The notes under the pieces: generated by a model
Databases searched by the model: none
What the model was told of the DNA's origin: nothing
Seen by the model: only the letters and a program-made list of their open reading frames with translations
Shown: one piece after another, positions 1 to 11,659 of the stretch
Layout: every line of letters starts with the position of its first letter
Position numbering within the stretch: position 1 is the first letter of the stretch
Made by a program: the position numbers and the translations under genes
Source of the DNA: Chiloscyllium plagiosum
Lineage: Eukaryota
Length of the DNA: 64,000 bases
Direction of reading: 5' to 3'
NCBI RefSeq assembly: GCF_004010195.1
Contig: NC_057753.1
Span: 1,066,330-1,130,329, forward strand

Positions 1-64
1 TAGATGGATGGATGGATAAATATATAGCTGAAGAGGGAGAGTCAAGCATCGCTGCAGTAAATTG

Positions 65-2444
65 AAATAGTCTGAGACTGCCATAGTGTTAAGGGTTTAG
101 ATGTAGAGTGTGTACAAGAAACTATCTTAAGTGTGTACAAGAAATTGTTTTGATATAATATGTCGATGTACCTACTATCGAAGGCGGAATCCTTGACCTA
201 CTCTTGGGAATAAGACGGGACAGGTGACTGAGGTGTCAGTTGGGGAGCATCATAATTCTGTTAATTTTAAAATAGCGATGGAAAAGGATAGACCAGATCT
301 AAAAGTTGAAGTTCTAAATTAGAGGAAGGCCAATTTTAATGGTATCAGGCAAGAACGTTCAAAAGCTGATTGGGCACAGATGTTTACAGGTAAAGGGATG
401 GCTGGAAAAAGGGCAGCTTTCAGAAATGAGATAACCAGAGTCCAGAAAAAGTATATTCCTGTTAGGGTGAAAGGAAAGGCTGGTAGGTATAGGGAATGCT
501 GGATATCTAAATAAAGTGAGGGTTTGTTTAAGAAAAAGAAGGAAGCATGTATCAGGTATAGACAGGATAAATGGAGTGAATTCGTGGAAGAGTATAAAGA
601 CAGTAGGGGTACACTTAAGAGAGAAATAAGGAGAGCAAAAAGGGGACATGAGATAGCTTTGGCAAATAGAGTGAAGGAGAATTAAAAGGGTTTTTACAAA
701 TACATTAAGGACAAAAGGGTAACTAGAGAGAGAATAGGGCACCTCAACGACCAGCAAGGAGGCCTCTGTGTGGAGTCGCAGGAGATGGGGCAGATACTAA
801 ACGAGTATTTTGAATCAGAATTTACTGTAGAAAAGGACGTGGAAGATAGAGAATGTAGGGCAATAGATGGTGACACCTTGAAAAATGTCCATATTACAGA
901 GGAGGAAGTGCTGGATGTCTTGAAACGCATAAAAGTGGATAAATCCATAGGATATGATCAAGTGTACTCTAGAACTCTGTGGGAAGCTCGGGAAGTGATT
1001 GCTGGGCCTCTGTTTAAGAAAGATGGTAAGGACAAGCCAGGGAATTATAGACCAGTGAGCCTGACGTCGGTGGTGGGCACGTTGTTGGGAGGAATGCTAA
1101 GGGACAGGTTTGTACATACATTTGGAAAAGCAAGGACTGTTTAGGGATAGTCAACATGGCGTTGTACGTGGGAAATCAAGTCTCACAAACTTGATTGAGT
1201 TTTTTGAAGAAGTAACAAAGAGGCTTGATGACGGCAGTGGTAGATGTGATCTATATTGACTTTAGTAAGGCGTTCGACAAAGCTCCCCATGGGAGACTGG
1301 TGAGCAAGGATAGATCTCATGAAATACAGGGAGAACTCCCAATTTGGATACAGAGCTGGCTCAAAGGTAGAAGACAGAGGGTGGTGGTGGAGAGTTGACT
1401 TTCGGACTGGCGGCCTGTCACCAGTGGAGTGCCACATGGGTCGGTGATGGGTCCACTGCTTTTCATCAATTATATAAATGATCCGGATGTGAGCATAAGA
1501 GGTATAGTTGGTAAGTTTGCTGATGGCACCAAAATTGGAGGTGTAGTGGACAGCAAAGAAGGTCACCTTAGATTACAACAGGATCTTGATCAGGTGGGCC
1601 AATGGGCTCAGAAGTGGCAGATGGGGTTTAATCTTGATAAATGTGAGGTGCTCCATTTTGGGAAAGCAAATCTTAGGACTTATACACTTAATGGTAAGGT
1701 CCTAGGGAGTGTTGCTGAACAAAGAGACCTTGGAGTGCAGGTTCATAGCTCCTTGAAAATGGAGTCATAGGTCGATAGGATAGTGAAGAAGGCGTTTGGT
1801 ATGCTTTCCTTTATTCATCAGAATATGGAGTACAGGAGTTGGGACGTCACGTTGCGGCTGGACAGGACATTGGTTAGGCTACCTTTGGAATATTGCGTGC
1901 AATTCTGGTCTCCTTCCTATCGGAAATATGTTGTGAAACTTGAAAGCATCCAGAAAAGATTTACAAGGATGTTTCCAGGATTGGAGGATTTGAGCTATAG
2001 GGAGAGGTTGAATAGACTAGGGCTGTTTTCCCTGGAGCGTCGGAGGCTGAGCGGTGACCTTATAGAGGTTTACAACATTATGAGGGGCATGGGTAGGATA
2101 AATAGACAATGTCTTTTCCCTGGGATCGGGGAGTCCAGAGCTAGAGGGCTAGAGGTTTAGGGTGAGGGAGGAAAGATATAAAAGAGATGTAAGAGGCAAC
2201 ATTTTCACTCAGCGGGTGGTAAGTGTATGTAATGAGTTACCAGAGGAAGTGGTGGCGGCTTGTACAATTGCAACATTTAAACGTCATCTTGATGGGCATA
2301 TGAATAAGAAGAGTTTGGAGGAATATGGGCCAGGTGCTGACAGGTGGGACTAGATTGGGTTGGGATATCTGGTCGGCATGGACGAGTTGGACTGAAGGGT
2401 CTGTTTCTGTGCTGTACATCTCTATGACTCTGTGACTCTATGAC
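65..2444 (+). mobile_element. 5'-truncated CR1-clade LINE (HER1-like): end of endonuclease, RT and 3' UTR with (TCTATGAC)n tail; disrupted ORF2
   Basis: Fragmented ORFs with PGNYRPVSLTSVV, P(H)GSVMGPLLF, KFADGTK, WQMGFNLDKCEVLHFG and LEYCVQFWSP. The 3' end reads tctatgactctgtgactctatgac. Confidence 0.95.
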
Positions 2445-5265
2445 AGATTGCCACATATGCAAACGAGACGTTCAATGAATTTGCGTGTGAATTACAATTT
2501 ATATGATGTTTGTGGAAAATTCTTGTTTCATCTCCATGTATGGAAAGTTCAATGTTGTTTTGATAGCAGATCTATTGCAGCTGGGTCAACACATAATAGA
2601 AAATGACAGGATTTGTTAGTTTAGGTGCATCCTGACACTCATCTTATGACATATTCATGCAATCTTTCAGGTTGTGAACCATTGCCTCAGGCCGTTCTGC
2701 ATAAAGCCGAATTTCACCCGTTTCCCACCATAGAAAGTGAGACCCATATCCTTTGTCAGTGTGGATCTTGATGTGTGGGACACACTTCAACTGATCTTTT
2801 GCTTTCGCTATTGCTTCAAAATTCTGTTCATGTATGTTTAAAGATCTTCACACAAAATGTCACGATCTTTCCTTTCTCCACATTTTGAATATCTTTTGCC
2901 TCAAAAATGTATGAACGTTTAATGTTGCCCTCAATGGACAGATGAAAATACTCTATTTCATATAAATATAATCTTCACGTTATGAATTGAACCACCTACT
3001 CCTGTTAGATCTGCGTGAAGTAGTCAAAAATCACAACCATTCATGCAAACACTTCCATAATGTTCAAACTTGCAGATTGAACTCGTGCAGAAAGCCAAAC
3101 TATGAACCGAAATGTAAGGCATTAAAAATCAGCGAGGAGCAAGACTAGGCTGTTCTACATATTAATTATGAGCCATGGACGAGAACTGAACTTCATCTAA
3201 TTCCCTCGGTGTCTTCCTGTAGCACTTGAAATTGATTTCTATCAAACCTGATCAAATATCCAGTTTAGGCATTCACTTATCGCCGGTTCCAGTTTTTTAA
3301 TGGCAGTCAGATCCAGACCAATGTAATTTTTTTTGTATTAAACAGGAACCCAGCCTTGGTTAAATCTACACCTTTGTACGATCTATTAATGGAACTGATT
3401 ACATTTGCACCTTACCGAAAGCACTTTATGCACCATTATACAATTGGCAACCAATTTCTTTTGCTATAAGGCAAATAACCTCGCATTCTCCAACCTAACC
3501 TTCATGGCTACATTCTTTCATAGCTGAAACATTTTGGGAAGGTCTGTGCGCACATGCTCAAGTGTCACCACTCTTTGACCTTGGTTAATTCTTCAAGTGA
3601 CCAGTCTTTTAAAGGGTTTGTAAGTCTAGGTGGATCCTGACACTCATCTTATGACTTATTCATTCAATCTTTCAGGTTGTGAACCATTGCCTCAGGCCGT
3701 TCTGCACAAAGCCGAATTTGACCCGGTTCCCATCATAGAAAGGAGAACCCATATCCTTTGTCAGTGTGGATCCTGATATACGGGGCACACTTCAACTGAT
3801 CATTTGCTTTTGCTATTGCTTCACACTGTATGTTCAACGATTTTCACACAAAAGGTCACGATCATTCCTTTCTCCACATTTTGAATACCTTTAGCCTCAA
3901 AAGTGTATGAACGTTTAATGTTGCCCTCAATGGACTGAAGATAATGTTATGTTTCATACAAATATAACCTTCGCATTATGAATTCAACCACCTAATATTT
4001 TTAGATCTGCGTGAAGTAGTCAACCATTACAGCCATTCATGCAAATGTTTCCATAATGTTCAAACTTGCAGATAGAACTCCTGCAGAAAACCAAAATACT
4101 AAGCAGAATGCAAAACATTAAAAAAAAATCAGCGAGGAGCAAGAGCAGTGACTAGTTTTCCAAAGGACCCAATTATATTTATAGTTTCTCCTGACCATAC
4201 ATCGTACAGTAGGATTGCAACCCAATGTGTTTTATTGTCTTTCGTGCCAGATACTCTTATCATAAATGAAGCAACTTGTCTGAAAAATCATCATAACTTT
4301 TAGTAGCAGATTTTGCTACTTGCCATCCTTTTTGATGAATCTTCAGAGTTCTTTCTTAAATGTGAAAAATAACATAGAATCTTAACGCATGATATCTTCA
4401 TGAATACTTGTTCAATAAGCTGAATATATCCCTTCATTTGCAGACAATCAAACAGTTTTCTTATTACAGAACAAATTGACTCATGTCAATCACATCAAGC
4501 TTGTCTAGTTTACTTTTGAAGAATGGAGCTATCACAAATTTACTACACGTTACAGAAACTAATTCATAGCAGTTACGAAAAATAACAAGAAATGATATAC
4601 ACACTCAAAAAAAGTAGCATCAAATAAAACTATAGCTCTTTTGAGAATTTTGTTGAGAACATGGAAAATATGTTGAGATTCATCATCAGAATATGGAAAA
4701 TGTTATGTAAACTGACACCTAATGCCTGTTAGATTGGAATCTGAGATCAGGCTATCCAAAAATATAATGGCACTAGATGACCTGGAGGCGAAGGGAATCG
4801 TAATTCATAAAAGAAATGTCAGATGGAATGAGTAGACAATTTCTGGAACATTACTTAAAGTAGGAGGTTACAAGTTTTGAATGTTTGTTTTGCAATGGCA
4901 CATTGTCTGTTGCAGACTGGGACAAGGCACCAGTGTGACCAATAAAATCAGGGAGATGAGCAGGAAATAGAAGTATCAATGTATGTAAGCACCCAATATA
5001 TCTCAGCCTTCTTCACCATGCTTGACACCTCGACCATCTTTCCATGAGGCTGGATTTGATTCCGAGACCCAGAAAGTGAACATCATTGAATTATGCACTG
5101 CCCAGAACAGTCGTACTGGAGAATGATAAAGACAGTAATGGAATGATGCTGCACTAGTCAACCAGTGCAGCAATTTCATTGAGATTGACGTCACCATCAG
5201 CATTTGGGAGTAGGGAGGAGTCTCACGTTTGCATATCAATGGATAACAGTCAAATGTCATGAATT
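2441..5265 (+). repeat. Dispersed duplication copy A (also includes 1-64); paralog of 34610-36485
   Basis: Colinear similarity, e.g. gacagattgccacatatgcaaacgaga at ~2442 and ~34712, and gtttgcatatca at ~5227 and ~36446. Confidence 0.92.
2600..4150 (+). repeat. Internal direct duplication of ~0.5 kb (about 2600-3145 and 3612-4150)
   Basis: tcctgacactcatcttatgac...caggttgtgaaccattgcctcaggccgttctgc occurs at ~2630 and ~3635, and both units end in aatcagcgaggagcaaga. Confidence 0.9.
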
Positions 5266-5286
5266 GAATGCCTCGCAGTATAAAAG
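5186..5286 (+). promoter_or_regulatory. Candidate Pol II promoter of the P2Y-like GPCR: CRE, octamer-like site and TATA box
   Basis: TGACGTCA at 5186-5193, GTTTGCAT (one mismatch to the octamer) at 5227-5234, and TATAAAAG at 5279-5286, followed ~120 nt later by a consensus donor AAG|GTGAGT. Confidence 0.55.
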
Positions 5287-5309
5287 GCTGCAAATTTGTG
5301 CTGCTGCTG

Positions 5310-5405
5310 TCAGAAGTTGAATGATCGAATGACTTAAAACGGGTCCTCTTCTACACAAGCCAATTTTCCACTTTAATAGTATCTTCCTTTATCTGTGATT
5401 GGAAG
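5310..5405 (+). other. Candidate non-coding exon 1 of the P2Y-like GPCR (start approximate)
   Basis: Starts ~25-30 nt after the TATA box and ends at GGAAG|GTGAGT (GT at 5406). Contains only very short uORFs (ATG ATC GAA TGA; ATG ACT TAA). Confidence 0.45.
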
Positions 5406-6285
5406 GTGAGTGGTTCTTTCAACAGTTGAATGGGCAGATCCCGTTTCAAAAACGATTCCCGTTGTCAATGGTAGATGAAGGAGATTGCTGATACAAACAA
5501 AAATTGAAAGGTAAAACAAGTCTGAGCTGAGAGTTCTTGTGCATACGGGCAAAAAATCTGATTGAACAAGGAGGGGAGCTAAGCTGATGAAGAGTAGCGA
5601 GGTCAAGGACAGATGAATAGGAAGAGATGTGTAGTTCTTCCAGATGCATGGGTAGAAACTGGGTACTCGGCAAAACCGTGGAGACATGAGTTAGCAGAGA
5701 CGTGACTTTGATGGGAAAATGGCGTGGTTGATTTTGTGGGCATGTAGATAGCAGGAATTGGAAGGTAGGAAAGAGGTAGTGTGATTATATATCACCAATC
5801 TTTGGACCGTTCGTGCGCTGGAAGCTCAGACAGTGTGAGCTTTCTCTTGTTAACATTTGCATGTCTTTATCATTATGATGAATGTTTGGCTTAAATTAAA
5901 CACTTCGTGTGAACCGGGTTACTGTTCATAATAAGCAATAAGCCCGCACGCAAAGAGAAATAAACTGAGGAAGAGTGAATGAGACCGAATTTTTGTTCAG
6001 TTGTACAGAGACAGAGATACAAACAGCAAACTTAGAAAGTGAGCCGAAACACGTTAATTGAAAAGAATATGCTGAGAGAACTGAAGACTATAGTCAGAGT
6101 GGCGCAAAGTAAGCAAATCTGCTTCAAATGCATTTTTTGGAAAAAGTGTGATGGAACGATTGCAAAACGCATAAAAACGGAAGACATCTGAGAGTTAGGA
6201 AAATGACAGAAAAACTAGCTTTCAAAAGAAGGAAGAGGGGAAGAGAAAATTTGGGAGATGGAAGAAATAGAGATTGTGAAATTGT

Positions 6286-6600
6286 GGGCGGCACGGTGGC
6301 ACAGTGATTAGCACTGTTGCCTCACAGCGCCAGAGACCCGGGTTCAATTCCCACCTCAGGCGACTGACTGTGTGGATTTTGCCCGTTCTCCCCATGTCTG
6401 CGTGGGTTTCCTCCGGGTGCTCCGGTTTCCTCCCACAATCCAAAGATGTGCAGGTCAGGTGAATTGGCCATGCTAAATTGCCCGTAGTGTTAGGTATGGG
6501 GGTAAATAAAGGGGTATGGGTGGGTTGGGCTTCGGCGGGTCGGTGTGGACTGGTTGGGCCGAAGGGCCTGTTTCCATACTGTAATGTAATGTAATGTAAT
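6286..6600 (+). mobile_element. HE1-type tRNA-derived SINE, full length, with (TGTAA)n tail
   Basis: tRNA-like head with A box (tggcacagtgattag) and B box (ggttcaattccc), CR1-like 3' end gggccgaagggcctgtttcc, and a microsatellite tail. Confidence 0.93.
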
Positions 6601-6939
6601 GAAATCAAGGTCAGACCTTGAGGAAAGAGATGGAGGAGCAATGCTGAAAGGGAACAAAGAAAGCAGATTGAAGATGGAGAAACAGAACGGAATGAAAGTT
6701 GTCACAAACCGTGCGTAGTTTGGTTAAATTATTGATTTTTCCAAAATGCGTTCACCTCTGTGCTGTTATTTAACAGTTACATTCTTGGTCCGAGATCGCT
6801 GAGCGGGGAAATAAACACGAGAGCCTAGGATCGTGTGGAAAAAACGAAACAAAGCATTTCAAATGAAAGGCAAAGTCGGGAGAACGATAGAAAATGAACG
6901 CATGATGATGTGGAAAATCAAGATCAGACAGAACGAAAC

Positions 6940-7780
6940 TGTTATAGGGTCATAGAGACCTTCACCATAGAAACAGACACTATGACCAACTCGTTTATGC
7001 CGACCAGATATCCTAGATTAATCGAGTCCCATTTGCCAGCATTTGACTCATTTCCCTTTAAACCCTTGCTATTCACATTCATCCAGATGCCTTTCAAATA
7101 TTGTAATTGTACCGGCCTTCACCACTTCCTCTGCCAGCCCATTCCATACGCGCAATTGCGTGGAAAACGTTGCTCCTTCGGTCTCTTAATCATCCCTCTC
7201 TCAGTTTAAACCTGTGCACTCCACTCTAGGGCTCCTGTACGGAAGCAGATCTTGAGTATTCACGTATCTATGCCCCTCATGAGTTTATAAGCTTCTCTCC
7301 GGTTTGCCTAAAATACTTCAGAGGAAATAGCGGCAGCCTATTCAGCCTCTCCCAATAGCTCACACCTTCAATTCAGGCAACATCCTTGTGAATCTTTTCT
7401 GTACCCTATCAAGTGTCATAACATTTCCTGTAGCAGGGAGACCAGAATTTAATCAGCATTCCAAAAGTGGTCCAACCAATGTCTTACAGAACTACAAAGT
7501 GACCTCCCAACCCCTATATTTGATGCACTGCCCAATTAAGGCAAGCATGCGAAATGTCTTCTTCACTACCCTGTCTACCTGAGCCTCGAATTTTAAGGAA
7601 CAATGATCCGGCACGACAACATAATGCTCCAAAGGACCTTGCTATTAATTGTATAAGCCCTGCCCTGATTTGCCATACCAAAATTCAGCACTCACATTTA
7701 TCGAGATCAAACTCCATTTGCCATTCCTCAGCCTTTTCCGCTGTCCACAACTCCATTAATTTTGGTGTCATCTGCATTTG
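6940..7780 (-). mobile_element. Degenerate CR1 LINE 3' fragment
   Basis: Reverse-complement similarity to the 3' part of the CR1 at 65-2444. Confidence 0.85.
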
Positions 7781-8017
7781 AACAAGAAAGACCAGTGCTG
7801 AAGGAGAGAGAGATCTCATTCACTATACAGATGCATCCTGAACATGAACAACAGACATGGATGAGTAATTCTGTGGCAATATGTCTGAAGTAGAGACCAA
7901 TTAATAGACAGGTAGTCCTTGAGACAGTTTTGCTGAGTGATGTCGATTACATTTCATATTAGTGTGACATAAAACTGTCATTGTGTTGCAGTTTAATACA
8001 TATCTGTGCATTTTCAG

Positions 8018-8131
8018 AGGCTCCTACTCAAGTCACTTCGATTGTGCGTGGGCAGCACAGATATCTCTTTACTTATTGGGTTTTACTATTCTCATGTTAG
8101 AACCTCATCCGGTCGCATCCAGTCAGAGAAG
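8018..8131 (+). other. Candidate non-coding exon 2 of the P2Y-like GPCR
   Basis: Acceptor gcattttcag| at 8017 and donor aag|gtaaaa at 8132. The 122-nt intron ends at ttctttattatttag| (8253), 11 nt before the ATG. Confidence 0.45.
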
Positions 8132-8264
8132 GTAAAAATATTCTAGCCTCATTGTATTTTCACAACAGTAACCGTGCAATCTCAACTGTCATTGGATCGC
8201 AGATATTGAAAGTATCTTCTTAATTGTAATTATTGTTGTTCTTTATTATTTAGCACAACATCAC

Positions 8265-9293
8265 ATGGCTGATTTTGTGAGCTGGAATCAAACACTGATG
8301 AGACCGTGGTCAGAGGTCAATTCAACTATTCTGGGTGGAAATAATGGCCTCAACTGCTCGATGGCCAACAATGAAGATAATAGTTTCATTGCTCGAATTG
8401 GCATCATTCCCATTGTCCTCGCCCCAGTAATTATCTTGAGCATCATTGGAAACTCAGTTGCATTGTGGCTTCTCATACAAAAGAAGATATCATCACCGAC
8501 AGATGTCCTCCATCTTAACTTAACCATAATGAACATTTTTACCATGATATCTGAAACGGTTATTTTGCTACAAATTATAAAACCACTTATCGCAACAGAG
8601 ATTCTTAGTCGTATCAACATTATTGCGAATGTATTCGTCTTATATGGGAATCCAGTCGTTATGACCTGCATTGCGATTGACCAATACATCGCTGTAGTCC
8701 ACCCCATCAAGTTTCAGACGTGGAGAAGGCGCCAATATTATGTCATTCTGACGATTGCAATTTGGTTCATTCTGTTCGTGCAGAGTCTGGTGGCCTATTT
8801 CATTACAACAGGTCCATTGCACGAATTACTGTCATGTGATGCTCAAATTGTTCTCTGGGAGGAGAATATAGTGGTTTTACTGTGCCACGAATTGTTCACA
8901 TTTTTCATCCCAATCCTAATTCTATTGTCCTGCTATGCCATAACCGCTAAGAAATTAATTGCAGTCGGTTCTGGGAAGGAATCGATGACAGTTATGAAGA
9001 AGAAGGCACTGAGAACTATTCTAGCCATTCTGGCTCTTCTTCTTTGTTGTTTTGCTCCATTTCATATGTTTGAATTGTCTTTTGGTTTAAAGAGCTTGTT
9101 GGGTAACTCGGGAGAAATGATAAAGTGGTACCTTTACTATATTCGACCATACACCTGGGCCTTCACGTCTGTTAACACGGTTTTCAATCCATTGCTCTAC
9201 ATTTTCAAATCCCAAACCTTTCAGTGGAGAACAGACTTCCGTTTTGTGCAACGCATACTGAATGGTAAAGTGACATCCAGGAACGTCCCTTAA
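8265..9293 (+). CDS. Class A (rhodopsin) GPCR, delta-group P2Y/LPA6/PAR-like orphan receptor, 342 aa, single coding exon
   Basis: Uninterrupted ORF with 7 hydrophobic segments. Motifs: GN (TM1), MTCIAIDQYIAVVHPI (TM3/ICL2), W4.50, FFIP..LSCY (TM5), KKKALRTI..CFAPFH (TM6), NPLLY (TM7). N-terminal sequons NQT, NST and NCS. Confidence 0.93.
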   Translation: MADFVSWNQTLMRPWSEVNSTILGGNNGLNCSMANNEDNSFIARIGIIPIVLAPVIILSIIGNSVALWLLIQKKISSPTDVLHLNLTIMNIFTMISETVILLQIIKPLIATEILSRINIIANVFVLYGNPVVMTCIAIDQYIAVVHPIKFQTWRRRQYYVILTIAIWFILFVQSLVAYFITTGPLHELLSCDAQIVLWEENIVVLLCHELFTFFIPILILLSCYAITAKKLIAVGSGKESMTVMKKKALRTILAILALLLCCFAPFHMFELSFGLKSLLGNSGEMIKWYLYYIRPYTWAFTSVNTVFNPLLYIFKSQTFQWRTDFRFVQRILNGKVTSRNVP

Positions 9294-9595
9294 TTCCGCA
9301 CTTGTCACGTTCTGATCCTATCTATGCTTTCATATATCCATTCCTCCACTCATCCATTTCTCAATCGTTACATTTATGCATCCATCTATTCATTATCACC
9401 TGTAATCCTTTTGACTCTTATTTAACTAACACATTTCATTTAATACATTGAGTGCTCATTTCCAAACATCACTTCCTTTCCTGACAGACCACCATATGCA
9501 CTTATCCTTTCCCGTAGTATATTACTGAATAACTTTTCTATTCTGATTAGTGCAGCATTGTGAAATCACAAATTGTATCACGCGGGGGAACATAC

Positions 9596-9762
9596 TGGGC
9601 CTTGGTTAAATGTCTCACTGACAAAACCACATCTCTACTAACATAGCATCCTTTCGATGCTGCACTGAGACATGAGTCTAAACTCTTGTTCTCATTTGTC
9701 TGGCGAGGAGCTTCAACATAAAATTTTACATCTTCGGCGAGGACGATTCCAACTGACGCACA
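9596..9762 (-). mobile_element. Ancient Deu-domain SINE (SacSINE1-like) remnant
   Basis: Degenerate resemblance, from memory, to the gggcctcggtttaacgtctca...gcactccctcagtactgcactg core of DeuSINEs. Confidence 0.4.
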
Positions 9763-11659
9763 AATGAAAATAGGAGGTGCTATTTTTCAGACTCATGTCA
9801 CCATCACATGAATATCAAGTCCACCTGTGAAATATTGGCTGGAGGAAAATTTATTACTTATTAACATAAACAACGATGAAGCTTCGCAGTAATTCACTTC
9901 ATGGTTACTGATATAGGTTGACGTTACCTCGTTCTCCAAATCATAAGTGAATTTTCTTACAACAACATTTATTATGTGTCTGAATTATTCTTTTTTTTTC
10001 TGTTGTAAGACTGAGAACTGCAAGTGGGCGATTTGATGGTGTTATGGGTCACATGCAATGCTCTGTGGGGGTCAGATAAAGGAAAGCAGGCACTAGGGCA
10101 AGAGGAAATTTGACGACATAAGTAGTACTTGCGAGCCCTCTTTATAAATTATTTTCAGATTTGATTACCAAAATCCTACACTCAGAAATTCGAGAATGTG
10201 CTTTTGAGAATCTAATGAAGGTTAAGACAAGCAACTCAATAATCCGATGAAGAATGACAACGAAAGAATACATAGTAATTTACTTTTTCAGAGAACAGAC
10301 AGCGAAATTACAGCTGGATACAAAATCTTTTGTAATTTTCCAATAATTCTCTGATTTCTGAATTGGCTAATACCACACTGATTAAATGGGAAGAATTTAA
10401 AATTGACTCCGCCCAGCATACTGGATCAATAATAATGGATTCAGATTGATTCATGGTGAAGAGAAGAGCAGCAGTATTTGAGACAGTTTTCAATTAATGC
10501 AGGTCTGCAGATCGAGGTGTATCTGGTGTTAGGCACTTTGGGAGATACGGAGAAAATTGAGTTGAAAAATACTTATAGATCTCTGGGAGTGCTAGACTGT
10601 CAGCTTAGTTCAAAATTATTTGTGGAATTTGGCCAAAGACAATAAAATAGATTGCTCATGGGATGTAGAGAGATCTGAGACGCCTTCTGCTGTGCATAAT
10701 TGGAAAAAAAGTAATGAAACAGAAATAGAGAGAAAGGGAGGAGTGGAATCAATTTTGGATTGCCATATTATGATGCAGAGATAGTGGTACTTGAACTAAA
10801 ATAAGGACAGGGCGAAGAGGTCAGAATGCTGATTGTGATCCGTTTCAGATTTAAAAAAACTGTATGAGGAACATGGAAGGACTTCAAACATGAAAAAGAA
10901 TAGAACTAACCGGTTGAGATATATTATTATACTGCTTAGAGCATTGAAGATCTGAACCCAGGCTTCTTGGCCCAGACATAGGAACACTATAACTGCACCA
11001 GAGGAACTCAGGAAGGCAAATACATACATACTTCACAATTAAACTGCTCAGAGTCTTTATTACACACTTGCAGAGCTCACTTGACAGGAATACGCAATGG
11101 CTTTGGTTTTATTCTTGTCAGCTGTTGATGATATTGGCCAATTCTCCACGTTAGCATATCCACTTGTTCAAAGAATGAAACGTTGCTTCACAAAGAAGCA
11201 CGATTTGTCAATGCTGGCGTAAGTTCTGATCGACTAATTATTTAATTGCCTGCTGGAATTTTGGACAAAATGCTGTTGAATCTTTGGGTAATATAATGAT
11301 CATAAAAGCAGTCAATAAAGTGTGCATCGTCATTTAAATCTATAATATTTGTCTTTGCTTTAGAAAAACAATGACAATCAATAAACACAAACAAACAGAA
11401 AAAGAGGACTCACAGAAATGCATTTGCATCGTTTATTTAATACAACAGAACACAAAGCATCTTTCATGGCAGAATTGCCACTCAGCGTTATCACCAAACC
11501 ACTTTAAGATATATTAAGATAGCTAACCAAAAATTTGTCCAAAGGGTTCAGGCTTCAGAACCGCCTCAAAGGAGGATTGGGAAGTAACGTCACCAAAGAA
11601 TTTAAAGGCTGGAATGTTTGAGTGTACGAACTGATATTTGAAGAATTATGATGATTGTA

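Noticed and set aside
2671..2800. Possible repeated sushi/CCP-like exon (ag|GCEPLPQ...CQCG) in the three duplicated units
   Set aside because: Two of the three copies have an in-frame stop, and the sushi Trp/Cys pattern is missing. CQCGSxYVGHTS looks more like an ancient Penelope GIY-YIG remnant.
6286..6360. tRNA gene
   Set aside because: The A/B boxes are the head of an HE1 SINE and continue into SINE body and tail; the same applies to the other copies.
8288..8710. 140-aa minus-strand ORF
   Set aside because: It is the antisense shadow of the GPCR CDS. The same applies to 47111-47308 and 47539-47772.
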